A stretch of DNA of 64,000 nt, taken from positions 1,440,001 through 1,504,000 of the forward strand of contig CBDCWG010000012.1 of assembly GCA_965223345.1 (NCBI GenBank), written 5' to 3'. The stretch's first letter is position 1; each line of letters opens with the position of its first letter. A program made the translations under genes and the position numbers. The notes below the pieces were generated by a model. It did no database searches. It was not told the DNA's origin and saw only the letters and a list, made by a program, of their open reading frames with translations. Positions 1 through 9,601 of the stretch are shown here, one piece after another. Source of the DNA: Nitrospinales bacterium. Its GTDB lineage: Bacteria; Nitrospinota; Nitrospinia; Nitrospinales; VA-1.

Positions 1-1
1 T

Positions 2-478
2 GGGTTCGTCCAGGATCAGGATGTCCGGATCGTGGATCATCGATTGCGCCAGGCCGACGCGCTGCTGGAATCCCTTGGACAATCTGCCGATCAGCCGGTC
101 GTGCACGTCCTTGAGCACGCATTTTTCCAGCACCCGCTCGAGGCTTTGCCTGATTTTGGCCCGCGGGACCTGGCGCAGCCCCGCCGCGAACTCCAGGTAT
201 TTGGTGACCGTCATGTCGGCGTAAAGCGGCGGGTTTTCAGGCAGGTAGCCGATGAGCTTGCGGATTTCCATCGATTGCTCGAACACATCGTGGCCGCAGA
301 TTTTGACCGAGCCCTCGGAAGCGGGGAGGATGCAGGAAAGGATGTTCATGGTGGTGGATTTGCCGGCGCCGTTGGGGCCCAGAAATCCCACCACTTCCCC
401 TTTGTCGATGCTGAACGTGAGGCCCTTGATGGCCGGCCTGGGGCCATAAAATTTCGTCAGATTCGAAACTTCAATCAT
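2..478 (-). CDS. ABC transporter ATP-binding protein (runs off the left edge of the window)
   Basis: Manual translation MIEVSNLTKFYG...GFLGPNGAGKST (Walker A)...LSKGFQQRVGLA (signature)...ILILDEP (Walker B); absent from the ORF track because it is truncated. Confidence 0.9.
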   Translation of the reverse strand, partial: MIEVSNLTKFYGPRPAIKGLTFSIDKGEVVGFLGPNGAGKSTTMNILSCILPASEGSVKICGHDVFEQSMEIRKLIGYLPENPPLYADMTVTKYLEFAAGLRQVPRAKIRQSLERVLEKCVLKDVHDRLIGRLSKGFQQRVGLAQSMIHDPDILILDEP

Positions 479-662
479 GCAGCGACTCCGGCAACGCAAT
501 GAGTAGGGATTCAGAATTCAAAGCCAATGAAATCAATCTCAGGAAGAACCCGCACATGCAGAATTGAAGAGGAAGTTTCGTCCAAAAAAATAGCATACAG
601 GATTCTTTTCTTTCAATTAAAAAATTTTAATTGCCGGCGGGCGCAAAAGGGCCGTAACTGCT

Positions 663-1313
663 TTAAACATGGAACATTCCCCAGATCCAGAGCGCGTAGA
701 AAGCGACGAAGCCGCCGGTCAGCGTCCAGGCGGGCCGCGGCTTGACCGTCCCGGTTTTGCTGACGGCGAGGACGATGAAAAACACGGCGCAGAGCACCCA
801 GCCGAAAAATCCCACTTCCGTCAAAACCGCCCAGCCGGGTCGCGGCGATTTCTCCGCCTCCAGCAGCTTGAGATAGTTTTCCTTTCTCTGTTCGAAGGAA
901 AGTCCCTTTTCGGATTCGGAGGTGGGTGGCCCCTGCGCCATCAGCGCCGCGATTTTTTCGTTGCACCTGGCAATCCATTCTTTTCCGGGGGTGAACACGC
1001 TGCGCGTCGAATAGAACGCGCCCCGCAGCAGCCGGTAGCTGTCCAGCGCCTTCTGCAGCTCGCCCGTTGTTTCGAAGGTCTGCGCGGTGTCCCACAGCCC
1101 CTGCGCCGCCTTGTCCGTGACATCCAGGCCGGGCAGGTACCAGTGGATGGCGCGCTCGAAGTGCGGGATGGCGTCGGTGAGGCGTTTTTCCTGCACGAGC
1201 TTTTGCGCCAGTTTGAGTTCGCCGTGGGCGCTCGCGTAAATCTTGACGACCGTGGTGATGAAGAGAATGCCGACGATGATTGCGATGAGTACGATGGTGT
1301 TTTTTGTGTTCAT
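663..1313 (-). CDS. Hypothetical membrane protein with a TPR-like helical region
   Basis: N-terminal TM helix, helical middle part, two C-terminal TM helices; 4-bp overlap with the upstream gene. Confidence 0.7.
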   Translation of the reverse strand: MNTKNTIVLIAIIVGILFITTVVKIYASAHGELKLAQKLVQEKRLTDAIPHFERAIHWYLPGLDVTDKAAQGLWDTAQTFETTGELQKALDSYRLLRGAFYSTRSVFTPGKEWIARCNEKIAALMAQGPPTSESEKGLSFEQRKENYLKLLEAEKSPRPGWAVLTEVGFFGWVLCAVFFIVLAVSKTGTVKPRPAWTLTGGFVAFYALWIWGMFHV

Positions 1314-2347
1314 GTCAGTTTGATCCGTTGCCCTTTGTTCTGGGCGGAACGATAGATGGACAGGATGACTTTCAGCGCCTTGAGGGCGTCTTTGCCCGAG
1401 GATGCGGGCTTCTTTCCTCTACGGATGCCGGCGACCATGTCCTGCGCCCCGCCGACGAACGGGCTGATATTTTTTTTTGGTTCGGGAAACGGCACTTGTT
1501 TCAGTTCGGTGAAGCCGGTGAAGCGTTTGCTCTTTTTTGCCAGGTGGAGTTCCCGGCCGTCGTTGCCGATCAGCAGGCGGCCCTCGGAACCCTGGATATC
1601 GAGTTCGAAATTGAAATAGCTGCGGGCGCCGCCGCCTTCGATGAAGCCGAGCGCCCCGCTTTTGAAGCGCAGCAGGCCGCAGGCGGTCTCCTCGATGTGG
1701 TTTTTGCCGTGCGGCCGGATCTCATGGCCGGACACCCAGTCGATGGGCCCGCCGAAATAAAGCAGCAGGTCGGTCAGATGGGTGCCGTCGTGAAACAGCG
1801 GGCCGCCGCCGTGCACCGCACGCGCCAGTTTGCCCGGCCTGCCGCTCAACGCGTTGCCGACGATGGTGCGAACCTCGCCGATTTTTCCGCTCTCGATCAG
1901 GGCGCGCGCCTTCCGGTACCAGGGGTCCCAGCGCCGCTCGTGGTTGACGATCAGGGTCACCCGGTTCTTCTCGCATTCCCGCACCATCCGGTTCGCGTCC
2001 TTGAGATCGGTGGCGATGGGTTTTTCGCAATAGATGCCGCGTACGCCCGAACGGGCGGCATCGAGCGTCAGGGGCGCGTGCAGATGGGTCCAGGCGGCGA
2101 TGCAGACGATGTCCAGCTTTTCCTGTTTGAGCATCGAGCGGTGATCGGTGTACAGGTTGGACACGTTGAAGCGCTTCTGAAACCGTTTGAGCCGGGAAGC
2201 GTCGATGTCGCAGGCGGCGGTGATCTGCACCGAGGGAAGCGCCGAAAAACCCCCCGCATGCGTGCAGGGCTTGCCGCGCAGCGGGTCTTCTTCCAGCAGT
2301 GCGCCGATTCTGCCGCAGCCGATCAGCCCCAGTTTCAGTTTTTTCAT
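1310..2347 (-). CDS. Gfo/Idh/MocA family oxidoreductase
   Basis: GLIGCGRIG Rossmann motif, CEKP motif, DGTHLTD. Confidence 0.9.
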   Translation of the reverse strand: MKKLKLGLIGCGRIGALLEEDPLRGKPCTHAGGFSALPSVQITAACDIDASRLKRFQKRFNVSNLYTDHRSMLKQEKLDIVCIAAWTHLHAPLTLDAARSGVRGIYCEKPIATDLKDANRMVRECEKNRVTLIVNHERRWDPWYRKARALIESGKIGEVRTIVGNALSGRPGKLARAVHGGGPLFHDGTHLTDLLLYFGGPIDWVSGHEIRPHGKNHIEETACGLLRFKSGALGFIEGGGARSYFNFELDIQGSEGRLLIGNDGRELHLAKKSKRFTGFTELKQVPFPEPKKNISPFVGGAQDMVAGIRRGKKPASSGKDALKALKVILSIYRSAQNKGQRIKLT

Positions 2348-2562
2348 GCGATCAACCTTCAGTCATTTTATGAGCGGGTGTCAAGCCAGGCTTGGCCAAA
2401 AGACCTTCAATTCATTTTGCGAGCGTGTGCGTCTGTTTGTACCGGACTGAAAGTGAGGCGCGTGGTTGAGGAAAAAAAGATCGGGGCCCGATCGTCTCGG
2501 GCTCAGAGGTAAGCAACAGTATAGCACTTCCCCAATGAAGCGTTTTCTTTTTTTAAGGGAAG

Positions 2563-2610
2563 AAAAAAAATCAAAGCCACACCCGCTGGCGGGGGCGGGC
2601 GTGGCTTTGA
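2563..2610 (-). terminator. Intrinsic terminator after the flagellin cluster
   Basis: TCAAAGCCAC...GTGGCTTTGA stem followed by a T-run on the minus strand. Confidence 0.7.
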
Positions 2611-2641
2611 CAAAGGCAGGTGTGCGGCAAAGCGGGGTGCA

Positions 2642-3490
2642 TTAAAGGAGGGTCAACACCGCTTGCGGTGTGAGATTCGACTGGCTCACCATGGCGGAAC
2701 CCGCCTGCACCAGGATCTGGTTTTTCGTCAGCTCGGCAAGTTCCACAGCCAGGTCGGCGTCCTTGATGTTGGTCAGGGCGCTGGTCAGCCCTTCGACCGA
2801 AACGTTCAGGTTGTTCAACGCGCGTTCCACCCGGTTCTGCGTCGCCCCGACCCGCCCGCGGATGGCGGTGAGCGCGTCGATGGCGTCGGTCAGGGCTCCC
2901 AGCGCCTGGAAGGCGTCCTGCTGGGTGACGATGGATTCATCGTCGATGCCCAGCGATTCGGCGGTGACTTCCGTCAGATCGACCGCCTGATTGATGTTGA
3001 TGCGGTTTTCGGCGGAAGAATCGACACCCAGCTGGATGACGATGTTCTGCGTCGCGCCGGCGGCGAGGGAACCGTCCACCAGTTTCTGGCCGTTGAACTC
3101 GGTGGTGTTGGCGATGCGGTCCAGCTCTTCTCGCAATGCGTCGAACTCGAGCTGGATGGTTTCCCGTTCGGTGCGGCCGATGGTGCCGGTGGCGGCCTGG
3201 GAGGCCAGCTCCCGCAGGCGGATGAGGATTCCGGCCTGTTCGTTCAAAGCGCCTTCGGCGGTGTTGATGAGCGCCCTGCCGTCGTTGAGGTTTTTGGCGC
3301 CCTGTTTGAGTGCCCGGACATCGGAGGTGAGGGATTCCGAAATCGCCAGTCCCGCCGCGTCGTCGGAGCTTTTGGTGATGCGGACGCCGGAGGCGATGCG
3401 TGAAATCGAACGGCCCAGTTGCGACCGGTTGGACTCCAGCGCCCGTTGCGCGTTCAATGAAGAGATGTTGTTGAATATTTTTAGAGACAT
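2642..3490 (-). CDS. fliC: Flagellin (most divergent paralogue)
   Basis: IASGVRITKSSDDAAGLAIS N-terminal motif and IKDADLA...NQIL C-terminal motif; 282 aa. Confidence 0.95.
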   Translation of the reverse strand: MSLKIFNNISSLNAQRALESNRSQLGRSISRIASGVRITKSSDDAAGLAISESLTSDVRALKQGAKNLNDGRALINTAEGALNEQAGILIRLRELASQAATGTIGRTERETIQLEFDALREELDRIANTTEFNGQKLVDGSLAAGATQNIVIQLGVDSSAENRININQAVDLTEVTAESLGIDDESIVTQQDAFQALGALTDAIDALTAIRGRVGATQNRVERALNNLNVSVEGLTSALTNIKDADLAVELAELTKNQILVQAGSAMVSQSNLTPQAVLTLL

Positions 3491-3584
3491 TCTTTTCCTC
3501 CCTGAAAAGAGTTCGGGCCGGCTTCAGTTGTGGCCCGTTTTTGTCTTTATGTGTCGTGTTGGGTCAACGTCCCCGCTCCGTCTT

Positions 3585-4442
3585 TTACTGAAGGAGCTGC
3601 AGCACGGCCTGCGGGATCAGGTTGGCCTGCCCGACCATGGCCGTCGCCGCCTGGACCAGAATCTGGTTTCGCGTCAGCAGCGCGACTTCCTCGGCGATGT
3701 CCGCATCGCGGATGGCCGATTCGGCAGCCGACAGGTTTTCCACCGAAATCGACAGGTTGGCGATGGTGCGTACCAACCGGTTCTGCACGGCGCCCACTTT
3801 TCCGCGTCCCTGGGTGACGATGGAAATCGAGTTGTTGAGCAAGTCCAGGGCGGTCAATGCGGCGCCGGCCGTGGTCACGCTCAACACGTCGATCCCCAGG
3901 CTGGATGAAGTGATCGCCTGCAGGTTGACTTCGCTGTTGAGGTTGATGCGGCTGTCGGAGGAAGCGTCGATGCCCACCTGGATCAGGATCTGGTTGGTGA
4001 AGGCGACCGAGGAAGCCAGCGAACCGTCCACCAGTTTCTGGCCGTTGAATTCAGTGGTGGCGGCGATGCGGTCGATCTCGGCTCTGAGCGCGTCAAACTC
4101 CAGCTGGATGGTTTGCCGCTCGGTGGAGCCGACGGTTCCGGTGGCGGCCTGGGAGGACAGCTCCCTGAGCCGGATGAGGATTCCGGACTGCTCGTTGAGC
4201 GCGCCTTCGGTGACGTTGATGAGGGAGATTCCGTCGTTGGCGTTGCGGATGGCTTGACGCAGGGCGCGGATATCCGAACGCAACGCTTCGGAAATGGCCA
4301 GCCCCGCCGCGTCGTCGGCGCCGCGGTTGATGCGGATGCCGGAGGCGATCCGCTCAACCGAGATGGCGAGCCGGTCGTTGTTGATGCCCAATATTCTCTG
4401 GGCATTGAGCGAGGGGATATTGTTGAAAATTCTTATCGGCAT
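3585..4442 (-). CDS. fliC: Flagellin
   Basis: IASGIRINRGADDAAGLAIS and IRDADIAEE motifs; 285 aa. Confidence 0.95.
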   Translation of the reverse strand: MPIRIFNNIPSLNAQRILGINNDRLAISVERIASGIRINRGADDAAGLAISEALRSDIRALRQAIRNANDGISLINVTEGALNEQSGILIRLRELSSQAATGTVGSTERQTIQLEFDALRAEIDRIAATTEFNGQKLVDGSLASSVAFTNQILIQVGIDASSDSRINLNSEVNLQAITSSSLGIDVLSVTTAGAALTALDLLNNSISIVTQGRGKVGAVQNRLVRTIANLSISVENLSAAESAIRDADIAEEVALLTRNQILVQAATAMVGQANLIPQAVLQLLQ

Positions 4443-4593
4443 GTGCCTTATCCTCCTTGATAATAGGAAAAAATCACTTCCCTAGCTCCAGCGTCCTTGC
4501 TGAAGCCTGCCAGGTAAGATTTGATGAAGAGTGGGGTGTTTTTTCGGGGCGTTCTCCTTAAGTTCAAAGGTTCGTTACCGTGTTCTCCCCGAA

Positions 4594-4620
4594 CCATCGG
4601 GGAGAACGGTGCAACTTTTG
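4594..4620 (-). promoter_or_regulatory. Probable sigma-28 (FliA) promoter
   Basis: CAAA-N15-CCCGATGG on the minus strand upstream of the flagellin; imperfect match. Confidence 0.5.
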
Positions 4621-4747
4621 GTTGTATCGGGATTTTAAAAAATTACCTTTAAGGGTTTTTTCCCGGCCGGGATTTCGCAGGCAGTGTGGGCTTGGGATGG
4701 AAAGGGGGAGGGCGATGCGGGATGGATCGTGTGCGTGTGCAAAAAGA

Positions 4748-4777
4748 AAAAGCGCCTTCCGGGGGGAAGGCGCTTTT
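4748..4777. terminator. Intrinsic terminator after flaG
   Basis: Perfect stem AAAAGCGCCTTCC/GGAAGGCGCTTTT. Confidence 0.75.
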
Positions 4778-4832
4778 CCTGTTGAGTCCGTGGAGTGGGG
4801 GCAATCAGGGGTTCCGAAGGAACCCCTGCGCC

Positions 4833-5171
4833 TTATGCGAACTCGTTGAGAATATTCCCTGGGGAGGGGGCGGGACGATTTTTCACGGGGGAAAAATCGT
4901 CCCTAGGGATCTGCCTCACGATCTCCCCGGTCTGCGAGTTGATGACCTGGACGATCAATTCATGCGAATCGGGATCGACCTGGAAATCCACTTTCCGGTT
5001 CATCGTTTGTGTCAGATGGCCTTTTTCCTCCACCAGGATGGGTGCTGGATGTGGCTTTCCGGAATCACCCGAAGCGGGTTGATCTCCGTTTTTTTTCGTG
5101 CCGTAGGACTTCCTCAACAGAGATCCCCGGTCCGCCGCATTCAAAGAAACATTCAAAGACATGCGGATCAC
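4833..5171 (-). CDS. flaG: Flagellar protein FlaG
   Basis: VDFQVD...LIVQVINSQTGEIVRQIP motif; directly downstream of a flagellin. Confidence 0.85.
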   Translation of the reverse strand: MIRMSLNVSLNAADRGSLLRKSYGTKKNGDQPASGDSGKPHPAPILVEEKGHLTQTMNRKVDFQVDPDSHELIVQVINSQTGEIVRQIPRDDFSPVKNRPAPSPGNILNEFA

Positions 5172-5217
5172 CTCCAGACATGGTTTCTAGATATTAAGTT
5201 AAGTTGTGGGTGAACTG

Positions 5218-6075
5218 TTAACCTAATAGCTGAAGTACAGACTGCGGCAGCAGGTTGGCCTGACCGACCATGGATGTCGCCGATTGCACGAGAATCTGGT
5301 TCCGTGTCAATGTTGCGACTTCCTCGGCGATGTCGGCGTCCCGGATGGCGGATTCCGCAGCCTGCAGGTTTTCCACCGTGATGGACAGGTTGCCGATCGT
5401 GCGCACCAGCCGGTTCTGCACCGCACCCACCGCACCCCGGCCGGCCGTGACGATGGCGATGGCGGAGTTGATGGTGTCGAGCGCGGTCAACGCGTTGCCT
5501 GCCGTGGTGACACTCAGACCCTCGATTCCCAGACTGGTGGAGGTGATGGCCTGCAGGTTCACTTCGGTGTTCAGGTTGATGCGGCTGTCGGCGCTGCTGT
5601 CGATGCCCACCTGAATCAGGATTTGATTTGAAGCGGCGACTGAAGAGGAGAGGGAACCGTCAACCAGCTTCTGGCCGTTGAATTCCGTGGTGGCCGCGAT
5701 GCGGTCGATCTCGTTTCGGAGCGCGGTGAACTCGAGCTGAATGGTGGCGCGCTCGGTGGAACCGACGGTGCCGGTGGCGGCCTGAGAGGACAGCTCCCGC
5801 AGCCGGATGAGGATGCCGGACTGCTCGTTGAGCGCACCCTCGGTGACGTTGATGAGCGAGATTCCGTCGTTTGAGTTCCGGACGGCTTGCCGCAGGGCGC
5901 GGATATCGGAACGGAGTGCTTCAGAGATGGCGAGACCGGCGGCGTCGTCGGCGCCGCGGTTGATGCGGATACCCGATGCGATGCGCTCTACCGATTGCGC
6001 GAGACGGTCGTTGTTGATACCCAGAATCCTCTGGGCATTGAGCGAAGGAATATTGTTGAAGATTCGAACTGGCAT
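5218..6075 (-). CDS. fliC: Flagellin
   Basis: Conserved N- and C-terminal flagellin motifs; 285 aa. Confidence 0.95.
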   Translation of the reverse strand: MPVRIFNNIPSLNAQRILGINNDRLAQSVERIASGIRINRGADDAAGLAISEALRSDIRALRQAVRNSNDGISLINVTEGALNEQSGILIRLRELSSQAATGTVGSTERATIQLEFTALRNEIDRIAATTEFNGQKLVDGSLSSSVAASNQILIQVGIDSSADSRINLNTEVNLQAITSTSLGIEGLSVTTAGNALTALDTINSAIAIVTAGRGAVGAVQNRLVRTIGNLSITVENLQAAESAIRDADIAEEVATLTRNQILVQSATSMVGQANLLPQSVLQLLG

Positions 6076-6273
6076 TGCCTCATCCTCCTTGATGTATGAT
6101 TTTTAGTCAGGGTTATTGTTTTGGCCTCCATACCAAAACAAGCCTCCAAGCTTTAACCCTTGAGTGGAGAATCCCTTTCCCCACCCTGAAACACGCTGTT
6201 TTCTCGCACCTCCTTGTTTTTTAAACCGTTATTAATTCCGGATGGTTTCCGGCACAACTACCCTCAATCAGCC

Positions 6274-6300
6274 CTATCGGAGCGGGCGGGATTAACTTTA
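6274..6300 (-). promoter_or_regulatory. Sigma-28 (FliA) promoter
   Basis: TAAA-N15-TCCGATAG on the minus strand. Confidence 0.75.
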
Positions 6301-6647
6301 ACGATTTGTTGGGGTAATTTTCTGGGGCAAACACGAGGGAAAGGCGGGTGTCCGGCGGTCAAAGGCGAGTTGCAGGGGGAATTTCAGGTCTTTTGGAGAG
6401 GTGCGGACGGGTGGGGGAGAGGCGGGATTTCCTGTGAAAAAAGGGACCCAGAAACGCCCCGGCCCGATCCTAAGATCGCGCAGTTTGCGGGGAGAAAGAA
6501 GGCGATGGCTTGAGAAGCGGTCCGGATCGCCCGAAGCGGGCGTTGTTTCTGGGTCCCAAAAAGCGTACGCGGATGCGATCCCGATGGTTCCGATTTTGAG
6601 GAAGAGTGATGAATGCGCGTTGTGTGTGTCGCATGAGGATCGCCCTG

Positions 6648-6678
6648 AGACCGGGGTCCGGAAGCCGGACCCCGGTCT
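6648..6678. terminator. GC-rich hairpin after flagellin 6688-7545
   Basis: 14-bp stem AGACCGGGGTCCGG/CCGGACCCCGGTCT. Confidence 0.6.
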
Positions 6679-6687
6679 GCAAGAGAA

Positions 6688-7545
6688 TCAGCCCAGGAGC
6701 TGGAGGACCGACTGTGGCAACAGGTTCGCCTGTCCCACCGCGGAGGTTGCGGTCTGCACCAGGATCTGGTTTCGCGTCAGCGTGGCGACTTCTTCCGCGA
6801 TGTCCGCATCGCGGATGGCGGATTCGGCGGCCTGCAGGTTTTCCACGGAAATCGACAGGTTGCCGATGGTGCGCACCAGCCGGTTCTGCACCGCACCGAT
6901 GGCGCCGCGGGACGCGGTGACCTGAGCGATGGCGGTGTTGATGGTGTCCAGGGTGGTCAGCGCGTTGCCCGCTGTCGTCACGCTCAAAACGTCGATGCCC
7001 AGGCTTGTGGACGTGACGGCAGACAGGTTCACTTCGGTGTTCAGGTTGATGCGGCTGTCGGAGGTGCTGTCGATGCCGACCTGAATGAGGATCTGGTTCG
7101 CGGAAGAGACCGACGAAGCGAGAGAGCCGTCAACCAGCTTCTGGCCGTTGAATTCCGTGGTGGCCGCGATGCGGTCGATTTCCTTTCTGAGCGCGGAGAA
7201 CTCAAGCTGGATGGTGGCGCGCTCGGTGGAACCGACGGTGCCGGTGGCGGCCTGGGAGGCGAGTTCCCGCAGGCGGATGAGGATGCCGGACTGCTCGTTG
7301 AGCGCACCTTCCGCCACGTTGATGAGCGAGATGCCGTCGTTGGCGTTTCTGACTCCCTGCCGCAGGGCGCGGATATCGGAACGGAGTGCTTCAGAGATGG
7401 CGAGACCGGCGGCGTCGTCGGCGCCGCGGTTGATGCGGATACCGGATGCGATGCGTTCGACCGATTGCGCGAGGCGGTCGTTGTTGATACCCAGAATCCT
7501 CTGGGCATTGAGCGAAGCGATGTTGTTGAAGATTCGAATTGGCAT
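6688..7545 (-). CDS. fliC: Flagellin
   Basis: Conserved flagellin motifs; 285 aa. Confidence 0.95.
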   Translation of the reverse strand: MPIRIFNNIASLNAQRILGINNDRLAQSVERIASGIRINRGADDAAGLAISEALRSDIRALRQGVRNANDGISLINVAEGALNEQSGILIRLRELASQAATGTVGSTERATIQLEFSALRKEIDRIAATTEFNGQKLVDGSLASSVSSANQILIQVGIDSTSDSRINLNTEVNLSAVTSTSLGIDVLSVTTAGNALTTLDTINTAIAQVTASRGAIGAVQNRLVRTIGNLSISVENLQAAESAIRDADIAEEVATLTRNQILVQTATSAVGQANLLPQSVLQLLG

Positions 7546-7750
7546 TCCCCTAATCCTCCACCAAGAGTTGGAAACGTGTTGACGATAATATTGTTAAAAG
7601 AGTGTTGCGTGCCCCCGAGGTCTTTGTTTATCGTGGCCGGCCTCAGTTTCCACGCAAAAATCCTTAAGCTTTTTTTTTAAATGCCGTTCTAGTCAGCGAG
7701 TTTGTTTATGGAAAGCATTGAAAATTAAAAACTTTCCAACTTAATTTTGC

Positions 7751-7777
7751 TTATCGGCAGGCAGAATTAGAACTTTA
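7751..7777 (-). promoter_or_regulatory. Sigma-28 (FliA) promoter
   Basis: Perfect consensus TAAA-N15-GCCGATAA on the minus strand. Confidence 0.85.
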
Positions 7778-7802
7778 ATGTAAATCTAAGATTTTGTTGC
7801 GA

Positions 7803-8537
7803 TTAGCGCCGCCAGTCTTTCTGCTCGATGTGGGCGTTGGAGTTTGCAAGTTCGGGGTGGCGTTTCAAGTGGGCGAGCACAGCCGGCAGATCGACGGTGG
7901 TTTGTTGCGGATCGTAGAACAGGGCGTGGATTTTCTGCATGAGGGCGACGTCTTCCTGCGTGTCCACGGTCAAGCGGAACGGCTGATCCTTGAGATACGC
8001 GGGCGCAGGTAGATGGGCGATGCGGAAGGCGTCGGGATGGTCTTTGAAATAAGTGGTGACGTGTTCCCGGTGCGCGGGCAGATCGCTCAGTTCAGATATG
8101 CGCTCAAGCGCAGCCATGCGCACGACCTCGGTGCCGGTGCCCAGCGGGATCGCGTCGGGCGTGATTGTGTGATCGGCTTTGCTTTTAAAATGCAGCTCTA
8201 GCAACGATTGCAGGAGAATCGGGTCGAACAGGGGATTGTCCGCGCACACGCGCACCAGGTGCTGCGCGTTCACCGATCGTCCCGCATCGAGAAAGCGCTG
8301 CAGCACGTCTTCCTCGGGACCCTGGATAAAGCCGACGCCGGTTTTTTCCGCGGTTGCGGCCAGAGGGGCGTCGTTCGCGCCTTCGGGGACGGCGAGCACG
8401 ATGGCATCGATCCCGTTCACACCCTGAAGCCGTTTGATGATATGCTCCAGCATCGGAACGCCCGCCAGCGGGGTCAGCACTTTACCCGGACAGCGGGTGG
8501 AGCCCATTCGAGCCTGGATGACGGCGGCGGTGGTCAT
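7803..8537 (-). CDS. SpsF-like cytidylyltransferase (CMP-nonulosonate synthetase family)
   Basis: IQARMGSTRCPGKVL, DVLQRF, HREHVT and RLTVDT motifs; start placed at MTTAAV. Confidence 0.85.
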   Translation of the reverse strand: MTTAAVIQARMGSTRCPGKVLTPLAGVPMLEHIIKRLQGVNGIDAIVLAVPEGANDAPLAATAEKTGVGFIQGPEEDVLQRFLDAGRSVNAQHLVRVCADNPLFDPILLQSLLELHFKSKADHTITPDAIPLGTGTEVVRMAALERISELSDLPAHREHVTTYFKDHPDAFRIAHLPAPAYLKDQPFRLTVDTQEDVALMQKIHALFYDPQQTTVDLPAVLAHLKRHPELANSNAHIEQKDWRR

Positions 8538-8599
8538 GGCGTTCCTCAAAGCACTGTTAGAAAAACGCAACCATTGTAGCGATTCGATTTGAAATTGTA

Positions 8600-9529
8600 A
8601 TGGCGAATTCTTCCCGTCTCAAACAGCCCGCCCGCCTTAAAAAAGGCGACACGGTGGGCGTGGTGGCGCCGGCCGGACCGGTGGAACCCGATCTTCTGGA
8701 AAAGGGGATGCAGGTGCTCAAGCGCATGGGGTACACGCCGCTGCCCGGAAAGCACCTGCTTGCAAGACGGCGTTACCTTGCCGGGGAAGACGCGGCGCGT
8801 GCGGAAGATCTGATGGCCATGTTTGCAAATCCGGACGTGCGCGGCATCGTCTGCGCCCGCGGCGGCTACGGCGTCAACCGCATCCTGCCTTTGCTCGATG
8901 CCAAGGTCATCCGCAAAAACCCGAAAATCGTGGTGGGGGCCAGCGACTGCACGCTGCTGTTGCTGTATCTGCTGCAGAAATGCGGGCTCGTGGCCTTTCA
9001 CGGGCCCATGGTGGCGGGCAATTTCGGCGCGCACCCGATGCCGAAGACCAAAGGGCAGTTTCAGGATCTTTTGAGCGGCAAAGCGGCGGCGAAGAAACTG
9101 GCTTTTTCCAAGGGCCGGGTGCTGGTTTCCGGTTCGGCCTCGGCCCCGGTGACGGGGGGATGCCTCACGCTGTTATGCCGGTCGCTCAAAACACCCCACG
9201 AGATCCAGACCAAAAACCGCATTCTCCTGATCGAGGATGTGAACGAACCGCCCTACAGGATCGACGGCATGTTGTGGCAGCTCAGGGAGGCGGGAAAGTT
9301 TCGCGACTTGTCGGGCGTCGTGCTCGGCGAGATGGTGGGCTGCGCGCCTTCCCCCAAAACCCGGCGCTGGATGGAAGAGGGGTTTTTAGAGGTGTTCGAG
9401 GGCATCGCGGGTCCGGTGGTCTGGAACGCGCCGATCGGACATGGAACCGAGATGTGGACGGTGCCACTCGGTGTGCAAGCCAGACTCACGGACACAGAAC
9501 TGAAACTTTCGCATTGCGGTGTTGCCTGA
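8600..9529 (+). CDS. ldcA: LD-carboxypeptidase (peptidase S66 family)
   Basis: CARGGYG, VGASD nucleophile motif, IEDV, PIGHG. Confidence 0.9.
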   Translation: MANSSRLKQPARLKKGDTVGVVAPAGPVEPDLLEKGMQVLKRMGYTPLPGKHLLARRRYLAGEDAARAEDLMAMFANPDVRGIVCARGGYGVNRILPLLDAKVIRKNPKIVVGASDCTLLLLYLLQKCGLVAFHGPMVAGNFGAHPMPKTKGQFQDLLSGKAAAKKLAFSKGRVLVSGSASAPVTGGCLTLLCRSLKTPHEIQTKNRILLIEDVNEPPYRIDGMLWQLREAGKFRDLSGVVLGEMVGCAPSPKTRRWMEEGFLEVFEGIAGPVVWNAPIGHGTEMWTVPLGVQARLTDTELKLSHCGVA

Positions 9530-9601
9530 AGTCCGGTTCAGGTAAAACCTTAAGCGATGGGGTGAAATCTTTTTAGATGGAAGCGTTTGCCGCTGCGGGA
9601 T

